Shown here piece by piece: positions 35,241 to 47,202 of a stretch of 64,000 bases of DNA. A program made the position numbers and the translations under genes. The DNA lies in contig NW_019028998.1 in NCBI RefSeq assembly GCF_002105155.1, positions 1 through 64,000 on the forward strand, read 5' to 3'. Source of the stretch: Lobosporangium transversale. Its lineage: Eukaryota. Positions within the stretch are counted from its first letter, which is position 1, and every line of letters begins with the position of its first letter. Below the pieces are notes generated by a model. That model made no database searches, was not told where the DNA came from, and was given only the letters and a program-made list of their open reading frames with translations.

Positions 35241-36281
35241 GTCGTCTTAAAAAGACTATGCTTTCTGTCTACTCTACGTATACGGATGTGCCATTCAAGT
35301 GTTGTTATTCCAAACCACCAGACTCATTGTTCACTTGAAAGTGCTACAAATATGCATGGGAGAGCTCTGAGCATTCTTAAAAAAAAAAAAAAAAAAAGTG
35401 TGGGCTTTTATTCAAAATGTGCTTTTTTCGCTGCTCATTCAACATTTACCTAAACACAATCACCCTCCCAGGTTCTTTGTTTGTTATATATATTTATAAT
35501 TTAATACCTTACTATCATTATTTAAGCGCTTAGCAATCTAACAAAGCTTTAAACGTGTACACCACAAAATGTCTGATAATATGCAAATTATAGAATAAGT
35601 TACACAGAGACTAACCCTGCTCCAAATGGCCAGGAATGTGGGTTAGAAGAACTTTTAAGGTTGTCAAACAATGTCTGCTCAGTCCTGTTGAAAATGCCAC
35701 TCCTAAAATAGCCTAGGAGAGCCGTCAGAGTAGACTACATACATGTATATTGGGTTTGCTGAACTTTTAGCCAGATTCAGTTAGCGCACCAGGATATCCT
35801 TGCATATCACAAGCTTTTTAGGCAATTAGGGCAGTAGGTACAGAGCACATGTAGTAGCATGGCATTCGCCGTTTTTTGTTTTTTGATGAATCAATCAGAG
35901 TCCTTCATGAGGCTGCAATACATCAACGACTACAATGTACCGAAGGGATGTCTCCGACAGAAATGACAAGACAGGAAAGCAATAAACCTATGGAAATACA
36001 AGTTTGACAAACAAGTGCCTACTTAAAGATTAGCCTTCAAGGAAAAGTTCCAAGTGCAGAGTTGAATCCAATCGCCTCTGCTCTCATCGATGCAGCCTAT
36101 TCTTTAACCAATCTTTGTTTGTACATAAACTGGGTTACACTACTACCAGTTGGAGAAATTTGTTTTATTCTATTATAGTATGAGGGAGTGAATGAGCAAT
36201 GTGAAAGGAGGATGACTTCGATAACCGAGCCATTAGTGTCTGAGCTCCTCCTAATGATAAAGAGTCACACAATATAGTCCT

Positions 36282-37251
36282 TCATAATAGATCCAGGGCC
36301 ATATCATTGTCCTTCTTTAACAACTCAAGCATGCCTGGTGGCAATAATGGCTGAGGTAACTTTGGCTTTCTAGATTTCTTTTCAGTTTCGTTCACTTTTG
36401 ATGACCCTCCTTCGGATGACGCTATTGATGATGTTTCCGTAGAGGACAGGGCGATGTAGCGAAAAGGCATGGTCACAGTTTCATTCTTGCGCAGCTTGAT
36501 CTCAGGATGATCGATAAATGGGATTTCATCTAAAGAAACTGGATAGTAGTTAACCAAGAGATGAATTGAGTTTAATTGGTCGAGTCCCTAAACACTTTGC
36601 AGAAAGATGGACGCATTACATCAATTTTATACCTTGGCCTTCAACAATTCTGCGGGTGACATTGACAGCAGTATCTGTTGTCATTTGAACCGCGCCCAAG
36701 TGACGGGTAGCGAAGCCTAGCTTCCTTAGCTCGCCAGTACGATCTAGGGTGATGAACAGGTGATAAGTCGGAAGACTGATCGTGAGCCACTATGACAAAC
36801 TACTTGAGTTCAGTCATCAAGAATTTCTCCTAACTTCTGAATTACCTCTTGGTGGATCATCCCCCAAAATGCCTCCAAAAAGAAAGAAATCAAATTCCTT
36901 AGCATCTCCAGGGCTCAGGACATGTGGCGAAGCTGGATCAAGAAGGCACACTCTTTGATGAGGTATGCGGTCACTCATAGCCATAATGTCTTCAGTATGA
37001 CAATGGGCCTTTGCCAGAGTTTCAGGCATATCTGCCAAGGTTTTGGGAGTCAGAGCTGTAAAGTAAATATGCTCTGGGCCACAGACTGAGACCATGTGTT
37101 CATACTCGAGCTTGCACCAGTCATGCATGCCTATTTTACCAATACTAATTGTTTAGTTTCCTATTACCATCGCCTTTTGGAAATTTATAGACTTCCCGTG
37201 CAAAGCGCAAATACCCTCTTCCATGTGCTCGATAATGTAATTTTTTGCCAT
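36282..37251 (-). CDS. SFM1: SPOUT-family arginine methyltransferase Sfm1
   Basis: YIIEHMEEGMHDWCKLEY, RVCLLDP, FLFGGILGDDPPRDRTGELR..GFATRHLGAVQMTTDTAV and IDHPEI..MPFRY; four exons. Confidence 0.92.
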
Positions 37252-37408
37252 CTTGTTTGATTTAATGATTCAGTAATTTTTTGATCGGAAATGAAGTATT
37301 AACATGTATGGTATACATGTGGCTTAAGTGCTTGACAAATTCAAATTCAAAAGAATTCAACCCTTCTTCCTGTTCTCTTCACGTAAACCCACTAATTCAA
37401 AGCAGATC

Positions 37409-38546
37409 ATGCCACCAAGCATCCTCCAGAAAATGCGTACAGCTGGGCATGGCCTCAGACGAGTTCAGAGACAGAAATGGATAAACACAACACCCTCGTG
37501 TTTCCGTGCAACTTTTGTTACTTTTCCTTCTCCCTGTGCGTAGCTCACTACAAGTGCCCATACAGATTATATATCAATTGGATCTCCTGTCCTACTGCTT
37601 TGACATCACTATAATCACTATACACTGATATATCGTGAATTGTACATGTATGGTACTAGTACAGCCTAGGACGAAAGAGCTTTATAAAGGACACATCCCA
37701 ATTTCACCTCTTCAGCGAACTATTCTTGCCTTTGGTTCCGCGTTTACAGCACTCTACAATCCTTTACGAGGAGGTATCCTAAATGCTTTTAGTTCTTATC
37801 CGTCGAATGACAGGTGGTAGGGTTTTTTTTCATAATACTAATTTTTTATATACATGTAAAAAAAATAGATATGGTTGCTGCCTTAGGGGAAACAACAGGA
37901 AGTATATTTTTAGCTAGAATTCGCGATCAGATGTTGCAGGATCCAGAAGGACGAAGAATCTTGCTAGAGCGACCAAAGATCACTTCTGAGACCATGCAAC
38001 TTGATAATCTGCGCCAATTATCCGATGGCACGTTTGGACGGGAATACGTACGCTTCTTGGATGATCAGCAAGTATCGCCCGATACCCGTGAACCTGTATG
38101 TTATTTATTTTCTAACTTCTACATTGGAGAGATCTACCGTTCTCTCACGTTTAGAAATGCCTTTAACTTTCGCAAAACTTTATTTTACACAGGTCCACTT
38201 TGTAGACTCTGAGGAGCTCGCGTATGTAATGCAGCGATATCGTGAGACACACGACTTTTATCATACGCTAACAGGACTTCCAGTAACCGTTGATGGCGAG
38301 ATTGCACTCAAATGGTTTGAGATGGCTCAGACAGGGTTACCTATGACAGTACTCTCCTCACTTTTCGGGCCTCTGAGGCTTACCAGCCAAGAGCGAACGA
38401 GGCTCTTTGATGTGTACATTCCCTGGGCACTCGAGAATGGAAGTAATTCCAAGTTGCTCATGAACGTACGCTGGGAAGACTGGATGGACCGACCAGTCGA
38501 GAAAGTCCGGCAGGAACTGGGAGTGAGACCATGTCCTCAGGTGTAG
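37409..38546 (+). CDS. COQ4: Ubiquinone biosynthesis protein Coq4
   Basis: PLRGDMVAALGETT, DPEGRRILLERP, SPDTREPV, YVMQRYRETHDFYHTL (HDxxH) and GEIALKWFE..QTGLPM. Confidence 0.95.
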
Positions 38547-38886
38547 AACGAAGCATTTTATGAATAAAGCCGTCCTTCCAGAATCAAAAATACGTGGGTA
38601 TGCGGAGTTGATTCTGACAGATATTTCCTTGAAAATAAGGAAGGAGTGTAGCTAGAACCTGTACCCTTATCGGCCTTGCTATAATTTCTCATTTTCTCAT
38701 TAAGAATGCCATGTTGGTTTTTTTGAATTCGGCATCACTAACAAAATCCTTTTGGTTTCATGAAGAACTACGCTACAGCTTATGAATATGAATATGAAAT
38801 TTTTGGAACTGAATTGACTGCCATACGAATCAAATGATAGGACAACATCATTATTCTTTTATTACAATAATGCGCCTTGATATCCA

Positions 38887-40161
38887 TTAGAATACTTCAT
38901 CGCCTTGCTTGGTCTCTGTTAGACTTAACATCTCTAGCTGTCCTTTCCCTTTCGTCTCTGACTGTAATAGCTCATTGATCGGTCTAAATTGTCCAGGGTC
39001 AATTAGGCAAACCTTTATATAAAAACCATGATAAACGTTATTATAAGATAATGGTCAGCAGTATTTACAATGAAAAGGAAAACCGCCGTTATTAATATTA
39101 GTTCAAGCAAAAGATAGTATTACCCATTCATAGTTCTCATCCAAATCTTCCTCTTCCTTTGAGGCGACCATAGACAAAAGCTTCTCTTTTATCCTTTTGC
39201 CGTCCTTTGATGGAACAATGATCCTGATTCTCATCTGAGCTCTCGCTATTGGGATTGTCTTCTTCTCCAAAAGCTGCTTGATGACATCTAATGCTTGTGA
39301 CTTTGCAGAACGGGAGGGATTGACAGAAAGATGTAGGTCCGCCATAGCCTTCTCGATCATCGTCACAGTGTAAGGTCGCTTAGTCTCTGGGTTGACGCAT
39401 TTTTCTGCAACGGTTGTGGCAATATCGCGGTACATGCCATCCAGCATGCTTGAGCGCTCCTTTTCGCCAACCTGCAGCTCGCCTTTTTTCAGAATCTACA
39501 CATTGATAAAGAAAAGATCCACAATACCGCATGTAATGGTATCAGCATGGCGGTCTATCTCTGCATATATTCTGTTTGAGACAAAAACTATCAATAAATA
39601 CTTTAATATACCTCCAGAATTATAGCATTGCGATCATCTGTCTTGAAGCACTTCAGGAGATCTTCCTTATTCGCAGCCTGGCCTTTTGATACGTTTAAGA
39701 ATACGTTGTCAATCTGCATAACCTCCCCCAGATCCTTCTCACTATTTAGAATATAATTGAGGATGCAGGTTATCAAAAGCAATGGTTAGCAGCCGGCGGC
39801 CAGTGACCAGTGAATAGCGGTGACCCATGGAATACAAATCCTTCCTACTAGCTTACACTCCATTTCTCCATTCTAGTACTTTGTTCTTGTAGCAAGCTAT
39901 CTCGAATCTTTTGCCTCCTTTGCGGTAGCGAACAATTGAGACGTTTGTCAACCTATTAGCATATAACCAGTTAGTATTCTTTTGGTGTACTGCTAGTGTA
40001 ATGTTTATACTGAAATAAAGAGACGTACTTGATTTGCGTATTTGGCTGCAAACATTTATTAATAATAAGAGTTAGTCAATAAGATGTATTGGTACTAGCT
40101 TTGCGACTCAACTGCCCATTTCTATGAGCCTTGAATATTTGTCTACCTGAGTGATAACCAT
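38887..40161 (-). CDS. SDO1: Ribosome maturation protein Sdo1/SBDS
   Basis: [67 protein letters not shown] and LIDPGQFR. Confidence 0.96.
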
Positions 40162-40322
40162 GGCAAATAGGTGAGGATGCAATAATTGTGAAGAATTTAA
40201 TGAACAAAATGACTTTTTGCTGCGGCTGATTCTTTTTAGATCTTTGCATCTGAGTGCACGTGGTCACTCGTTTAATTGCCTACTGCACAATGATAATGGG
40301 ATCTGAATGAGTTTTCATCTCT

Positions 40323-41569
40323 ATGATTCTGCAACGTATCTTGACTCAGTCGCGAATCTCGCGTACTTCCCACTTCTCATCCTTTTTCATTAAGAAAAAC
40401 ACCTTTTCCTTCATGCCACCATCTCAACGTCAAAAACTTATTGTAACACGAACTCTACCTCAAGCATCTCAAGCACGACTTGATGCGGGGTTAGAAGGAG
40501 TGGACATTGTTCAATGGAAGGAAGACCGAGCGATCCCTCGAGCAGAGTTCCTTAAAATGGTGAACGGCGCTGAAGGTATCCTCTGTCTCTTAACTGATAC
40601 AGTGGATGCTGAAGTACTAGACGCAGCAGGTAATTTTTTTTTCTTTTGCTTAAAAAAAGGAGCATTTTGAAGGGAGAGATTGATTATCTTATGAATCACG
40701 CAGGACCCCAGCTTAAAGTCGTCTCCACGATGTCTGTCGGATATGACCATGTCAATGTGTCGGAGCTTCAGTCTCGCAAGATCGCCCTTGGTATCACACC
40801 TGGTGTGCTAACAGAGGCGACAGCAGACACGACTGTACTTTTGGTTCTTGCTGCAACACGTCGCCTGCGTGAGGGTGTTGACGCTGTCATTCAAGGGAAA
40901 TGGGGTGCATGGAGCCCAACCTGGCTGCTAGGTTCCCAGCTTACTGGTAAAACAGTTGGAATTGTGGGTCTTGGACGTATTGGGGTTGCTGTAGCCAAAC
41001 GGTTGAAGGCATTTGGAGTGCAGAAGTTTATTTATCAGGGAACACGACGCAAAGAGGAAGTAGAACAAGATATTGGCGGCGATATTGAGTTTGTTGAAGC
41101 CGAAAGGCTGTTTAAAGAGTCGGATGTGATCTGTGTCTGCTGTGCCTTAAACAACGAGACCAAGAATATGTTTAGCTATAATGCCTTTTCGATGATGAAG
41201 AACAGTGTAGTAAGTCTTTTTACTTCCTTCTGAAAAGATTATCCACTTTTTTAACATTTAACATGAAAACTTGACAATACAAACTTACATGTGTAGGTAT
41301 TTGTGAACACTGCTCGTGGGGGGATTGTTGATCAAGATGCGTTAATTCAAGCTCTCAAGGAAGGAAAAGTGGGATCTGTGGGACTAGATGTTACTGTCCC
41401 AGAGCCCTTACCTAAGGACTCGGAGCTGCTGACTTTCCCCAACTGCATTGTGCTTCCCCATATCGGGAGTGGGACACTGGAGACTCGAACAGCCATGTCT
41501 GAGATTGCCATAGACAATGTACTCTGTGGGATGAGAGGTAAACCTCTTCCTCATCCTTATGATGCCTAG
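40323..41569 (+). CDS. Glyoxylate/hydroxypyruvate reductase (D-2-hydroxyacid dehydrogenase family)
   Basis: STMSVGYDH, TPGVLTEATAD, GIVGLGRIG, VNTARGGIVDQ, GLDVTVPEPLP and LPHIGS; three exons. Confidence 0.93.
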
Positions 41570-41657
41570 ATCTAAGATAGATAGGACGTCTATTAGTAAA
41601 TACGTACATATTAAAGTAGATACATGGATCGACTTTATCCAAAATAACATTATTGCT

Positions 41658-41688
41658 CAAGCCCAAGCCCAAGCCCAAGCCAAGCCCA
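41658..41688. repeat. (CAAGCC)n hexamer repeat, intergenic
   Basis: About five copies; it creates the KPKPKP / GLGLGL pseudo-ORFs. Confidence 0.8.
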
Positions 41689-42104
41689 AAAGTCGAAATT
41701 GAGAGACGGCGTTTGCATCTCTTGTCACAACTTCCCCATTTAAAAACGAGGCTCTTAACCTATTCCATTCCCCATTCCTTATCCTCGTACACCCAACCCT
41801 CTTGCCCTTTCTTCGGACCTACTTCAACCATATCAACCTCATTAACATTTCCCTCATATAGGCTGCTCTTATTTTTCACCTTGCTATTCTCTTCTTTCTG
41901 TGGTTTTTTTTGCGTTTGTCTGCACAGGTGTATTCACAAAGAAACAGCAAAACTGCTATTCCATATTTGCAATCAACCTTGTTCTTTATTACTCTACCCA
42001 CTACCAACAATTTGTTGATTAGCAAGCGAGAATAACCACCATAATAACCCCAGACACCTCCCCTCTCACCTGAACAAAACCATCATCGAAGTGGCATTCA
42101 AAGG

Positions 42105-43124
42105 ATGGACATTATCAAAGCTAGTCGTAAGCCTACGGCAATAGATCATTTTCGAACTATGGTCGCACATAATTTCAAAGTAACTCTCCGCGACCCAACT
42201 GTCTTCATCTTTGGTGCAGTAATACCTTTTATTATGATTGGGATAGCTATTGGCATCGTAAGTTTGTTCCACATTAATTACTCATACAGGAGGGCATAAG
42301 CTTTCCTTATTCGCCAAGTACACGCTGGAATAAGAGCTTTTACACTAAAGTCTCTATCTTACTTCTACCATTTCAGTCCCTCGGAATCCAAAGTAACATC
42401 CCAAAAATTACAGCAGGTTCTGTCGATACGTGAGTATATTTTATTTCACATAATGCCTCCCTTATTTGCATATCAGTGCAAAGGGATCCAAATTGACCAG
42501 CATTCATCAATTATTGCCACTGTAATTGCTAGTCGAACGTTCAATGCACTTGAAACTGGAATTCAAGGCCGATCATCATATGTGAATGTACCAGTTGTCT
42601 ATTTCCCGGTTATCAAAAGCGTCCCCATTCTCAACAACTTGACAGATTCTATCACTAGGAATCTGGGCAGAGTTTACAGCCAATTTAATCCGATCTTCGT
42701 AGACTATGCATCTATGGATGAAGTGGCTGCGTATGAGCACCAGAATGCAAAGGACATGCTCAAGAACAGAACACTAAAGGATTTTGCACCTCAGCTTGGA
42801 TTTGAGCTTAATGCTTTGGGCCCTTCAAGTAGTAATGAAGGTTCACTCGATCTTGGATTTACACTTGCAACTAAAGTGAATGATTCGATACCATTTCTGC
42901 TGAGTACTTTGAATGTTATGACTCAGAACATTGATTCCAGTAGCATCAGCAATGGTACGACCATAGGACATGGTTTAGAGTTCTTACCCACCCTCAAGAC
43001 ATTCGGAGCTCAAGGCGATGAGAATGTTGACATTCCTAGTTTTATTGTGCCTGCATTCATGACTTTTGGTAAATGCGAAAACATCTTACAATTACATTTG
43101 TTACATCTTACTGTGCTATTTTTT

Positions 43125-43155
<31 letters not shown>

Positions 43156-44963
43156 GTTTCAAAATAGCGTTTTCGTTTTTCTCAACATTTGTCGCGTCTA
43201 ATCTCGTTGCCGAAAAGGAAAATGGTCAAAAGTCTCATCTACAGAACATGGGTATCAAGCCGGCAACCTATTATCTTGCACGTTTCGTCATCGATTGGAT
43301 CTGCTATCTTGTTCCTGTCGTTGCCTGCTTCGTACTCATGGGTGCAACACGCCTCCAGATGATTACTTCTGGCTCTTGGGTGCCTTACTTTCTCCTGCTT
43401 CTTGTTTCGGGACTACCTTTCATCACTTTTGGCTACCTACTCTCGCTTTTTTTTCAAAAGTCTCAGTCGGTGGGTCAGGTCCTAGGCGTGGGTCTCAGTT
43501 TGATTGTTTTTGTACCATATTTCTTTGTCCAGTTCGTCTTCGAAGGCGCTTCACTCCTAGCTATCATTCTTATTGGCTTAATATCACCTGCTTTTGCGTT
43601 AGAGCGCTCCATCTCTGCTATAGCTCTAGCGCAGACTTCGGGCTCACCTTACTCTGTCAAGGATACGTTCGATATTAACAAGGCACCATTTTGTAGTATG
43701 ATCCTCTTTGTCTTCCAGTCAATTGTCTATTTAATACTCGTTTTCTGGATTGAGAACCTTATCCAAACTCGCCGTTCGCCCATCGACTTTTTCTTGCACA
43801 AAAAAACTAATAATTATGTCGACAACAAGGCTACCAAGGATAAAGATGTCTCTCGGGATATGCAGCGGCGAGATACAGCAATATTGGTGGACGGCAAGTT
43901 TCGCGAACGCGATGCCGAAGTAATCGAGGAAACGTTACGTCTCAAGGGAAAAAGAGGCTCTCCTGACGAAAATGATGCCGTCCGACTTTTTGGGCTCTCG
44001 AAATCTTACCATCTCAAGAGCAAGAAACGCGACGCTACGATTCTCGACAACATTTATCTTTCTTTCAAGAAGAATGAGTGCTTTGGATACTTGGGCCCAA
44101 ATGGCGCGGGAAAGACTACAACCATCAAGATACTGACAGGAGCTGAAGACCCTACCTCGGGAAATGGCACTATTCAGGGGCTATCTATTGCGCCTTACCA
44201 TGAAGATTTGCGCTCCATGATCGGTATATGCCCTCAATTCGATGTTCTTTGGCCTAAGTTGACTTGTCGTGATCACTTAGAGCTCTTTGCCAAAATCAAA
44301 GGCGTTGCACCTGAGGACATGAATGCTGCAGTAGCTCAGATGATCGATGAGATGGGACTTGTAGGACTAGGTGATAAACGAGCAAAGACATTCTCTGGAG
44401 GAAATAAGCGGCGGCTGAGCTTGGCTATGGCAATCATAGGATGTCCTAAAGTCGTTTTTTTGGATGAACCAACGACTGGCGTGGATGTCTCGATCCGCCA
44501 GATGATTTGGAATTCTATTCGCAAGCTGAAGCGTACGTCCTGTGTCATCCTGACGACTCATTCGATGGAGGAGGCTGATGCTCTTTGTGATCGCATAGGC
44601 ATTATTACCAATGGGCACATCCAGGCCCTAGGGACTTCTCAGCGACTCAAGAATACTTATGGCGCGGGTTATAAAGTCATTGTCAAATCACACAACCATG
44701 CCGATGCAGTGACTACGGCATTGGAAGAGAGTGTCGGGGCTGGAAGAGTAACGCTTGTTCAGGCTCTTGGCGCGAGTTTGGAGTATGAGATCACACGCGT
44801 CGAAAGCGAGCGCACAACAGAGATGTTGGCCAAACTATTCAGATTGTTTGAACAAAAGAGACGGGAATTGGGTATTGATGACTATTCTGTGAGTCAGACC
44901 ACTCTTGGGCAAGTATTTATTGAGTTTGCGAAGGAGCAAGCGGCGCCTGGAGACAGCAAATAG
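42105..44963 (+). CDS. ABCA-subfamily transporter, half-size (one TMD + one NBD)
   Basis: N-terminal TM helix, large exoplasmic loop, VAEKENGQKSHLQNMG, further TM helices, GPNGAGKTT, GICPQFDVLW, FSGGNKRRLS, FLDEPTTG, TTHSMEEADALCDR, LKNTYGAGY and SQTTLGQVF. Confidence 0.93.
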
Positions 44964-45355
44964 ATGTCTGAAAGAATCCTAGAGAAAACTATCTCATATA
45001 CACAAATCCTACATATTAAATTGATAGCTTCCCCTTGATTTGAGTCTTGGTCTCAATTAAAAAAAATTACTTTTTATTTAACGAAGATTCCGGATCATAA
45101 TAAACACATCTTTCTTTCTCGTTGCTTACTATGATCCTGGCATATTTCAGTGTCAATAAGTGGGCCAAATCTTTTAAGGTGGAGCGACTATAGATAATTC
45201 AAACACATCAGTTCATTCTGACAAAGATTTCTAGTAGCCTTCACGTGCACATGTCCAGCAACCGCAGTTGATTGGAATGTTGGAACGATAGATTGATAGT
45301 TAAAAAGGTAGCCATTGCCCTGCATCAATCTTAGCTCATTCTTCCCTTTTTCCTT

Positions 45356-46859
45356 ATGGAGCCTATTTCAGAGCAGAATTACGTATCCACGCTTACGTTC
45401 AGTGTTGTTTGTTCTCAGTTCGAGAGCAGCTCTTTAGCCGTAAGGCCGCTGCCAGTCCAGACCATCGTCCGTACTTTTGATAAAGCCTCCACCAACTTGA
45501 GCTTAAATGGACGCTGGCATTGCGTTTTCGAGGAGACTAAGCGGCATTATCAAAACACTACTCAGCTCTCATTATCACTCAAGTGGATACCAATCAAATA
45601 CCTTGGTGGGATCTCAGAAGAAGGAACTTACAGCACCGATAATGACAATATAATGACACTCAATCCTGCGTGTGAGCTTATACGCCGTATTAGAAGCATC
45701 AAAGTCCGTTCAGACTCAACACTATCCGAGCTCCTTTTTGCCCAGATGGATGGCGATTGCATCTTGAATGGTGAATTCATCAAAGGTACGGTGTGTTCGG
45801 TGTGTTGAAAGGAGTCTAGCGTAGAAGATACGCAGAGGAGTAACTCAGAGCCCAGATATTAACGATCCAAGCGTAGTCCGACTACAGCCAAACCGTGTGC
45901 TTAGAAATGACCGGTACAAGTTCAGGATTAGCTTCTATACTCAAGATATATCCTACGCACGTTTCCTGGGACGTCCCATTTTTTTTACATTCATGGATAT
46001 TGACACATTCTTTGATCCAGTTCAGTATTTACCTAACGACCTCCCTGATATTTTCTTTCAGTTCCCAGCATACGAATCCCATGAAGAGATCATCACTATC
46101 CAAGCTCACTCTTCAATGATTTGTAGAAGTCAATATTTTGCGCAGCGCTTGGCGGAGGTAGCAGGAAATAGTTGGCGTGGTTCCACAGCCTTTCGTGTCA
46201 TCAACTGTATGATAACAGAGTTTAGACCACCAGTATTTCGCGTCATGCTTCGATTCATATATACTGGACGTTTATTAATCGAAAAGCATTCACGAAGAAA
46301 TAAGCAAATCGTATCATCTCTGCATTCCACAATATCAACCCAACAAGCTCAGGGACCTGTGGCTATCGGAAAGGTAAAAACAAATGAGGGGCATCAACAG
46401 AAAGGACGTCAATCCGATGTGGTGTATTTTGAAGACTTGTATCGGATATCCGAGCGGTACGAGATACCTGAGTTGAGGGCTCTTTCATTAAAAGCAATTC
46501 AATGTACACTAAACATGTCGATTGCTATTGCAATGATTGCGAAGCAATCATCTGATCCAAGAAAAGCTGATGTATCAAAAGATGATGGCAATTACGTCCA
46601 TTATCAACAGCAGAAATCAACAGAGGATGAAGCGGAAGAGATGAAACCAGCTGTTCGACAAGAGTATTACATGAAAATTCAGAAGGAGCTCGTTAAGAAT
46701 ATGGTGAAAGAGTATATTCAGTTCTTCGCAACAGAAGCTTCAAGGTTGACAATCAAAGACATGACTTCAACACCTGTTCTCTCTGCGCAAGAAGGCTTAC
46801 AGATGGTTCGTGTGGTTGGGGACCTTGTGCTAGAGAATGCCTATCGCCTGTGGGAATAG
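45356..46859 (+). CDS. BTB/POZ-domain protein
   Basis: PDIFFQF..IQAHSSMICRSQYF..FRVMLRFIYTG..EDLYRISERYEIPELRAL. Two ORFs are probably joined by a short intron (~45791-45848, boundaries uncertain). Confidence 0.75.
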
Positions 46860-47202
46860 CTTATGCGCTACCAGCCTCTAGCATAATGCTGGATCATAGC
46901 GCGCGATGACTTTAGTAATATTGCAAAACACGCTATTCATACCAAAATAAAAGGCAAACTGAGGGATGAATTAGCCAAAATATTTTCTTGCTCAATCATT
47001 TCTGGCATAAAATTCGGTAAACTACAAAATTTATCTTGGCCGACTTCTAATGTTTTAATTTGCCAACATTTCACTCGCTTGTGAATTTTAACAGCATCAG
47101 GCATCGATTCATTACTTTCTCTGTAAGCAAGGACATTCACAAAACGAAATAAGCAATAGACCGTGGACAAAAGCTTTCGCGACGCCTAGCACCATATACA
47201 CA

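Noticed and set aside
41653..42018. 121-aa ORF starting MLKPKPKP
   Set aside because: It arises from a hexamer repeat and the CT-rich ABCA promoter/5' UTR, and starts at TTG.
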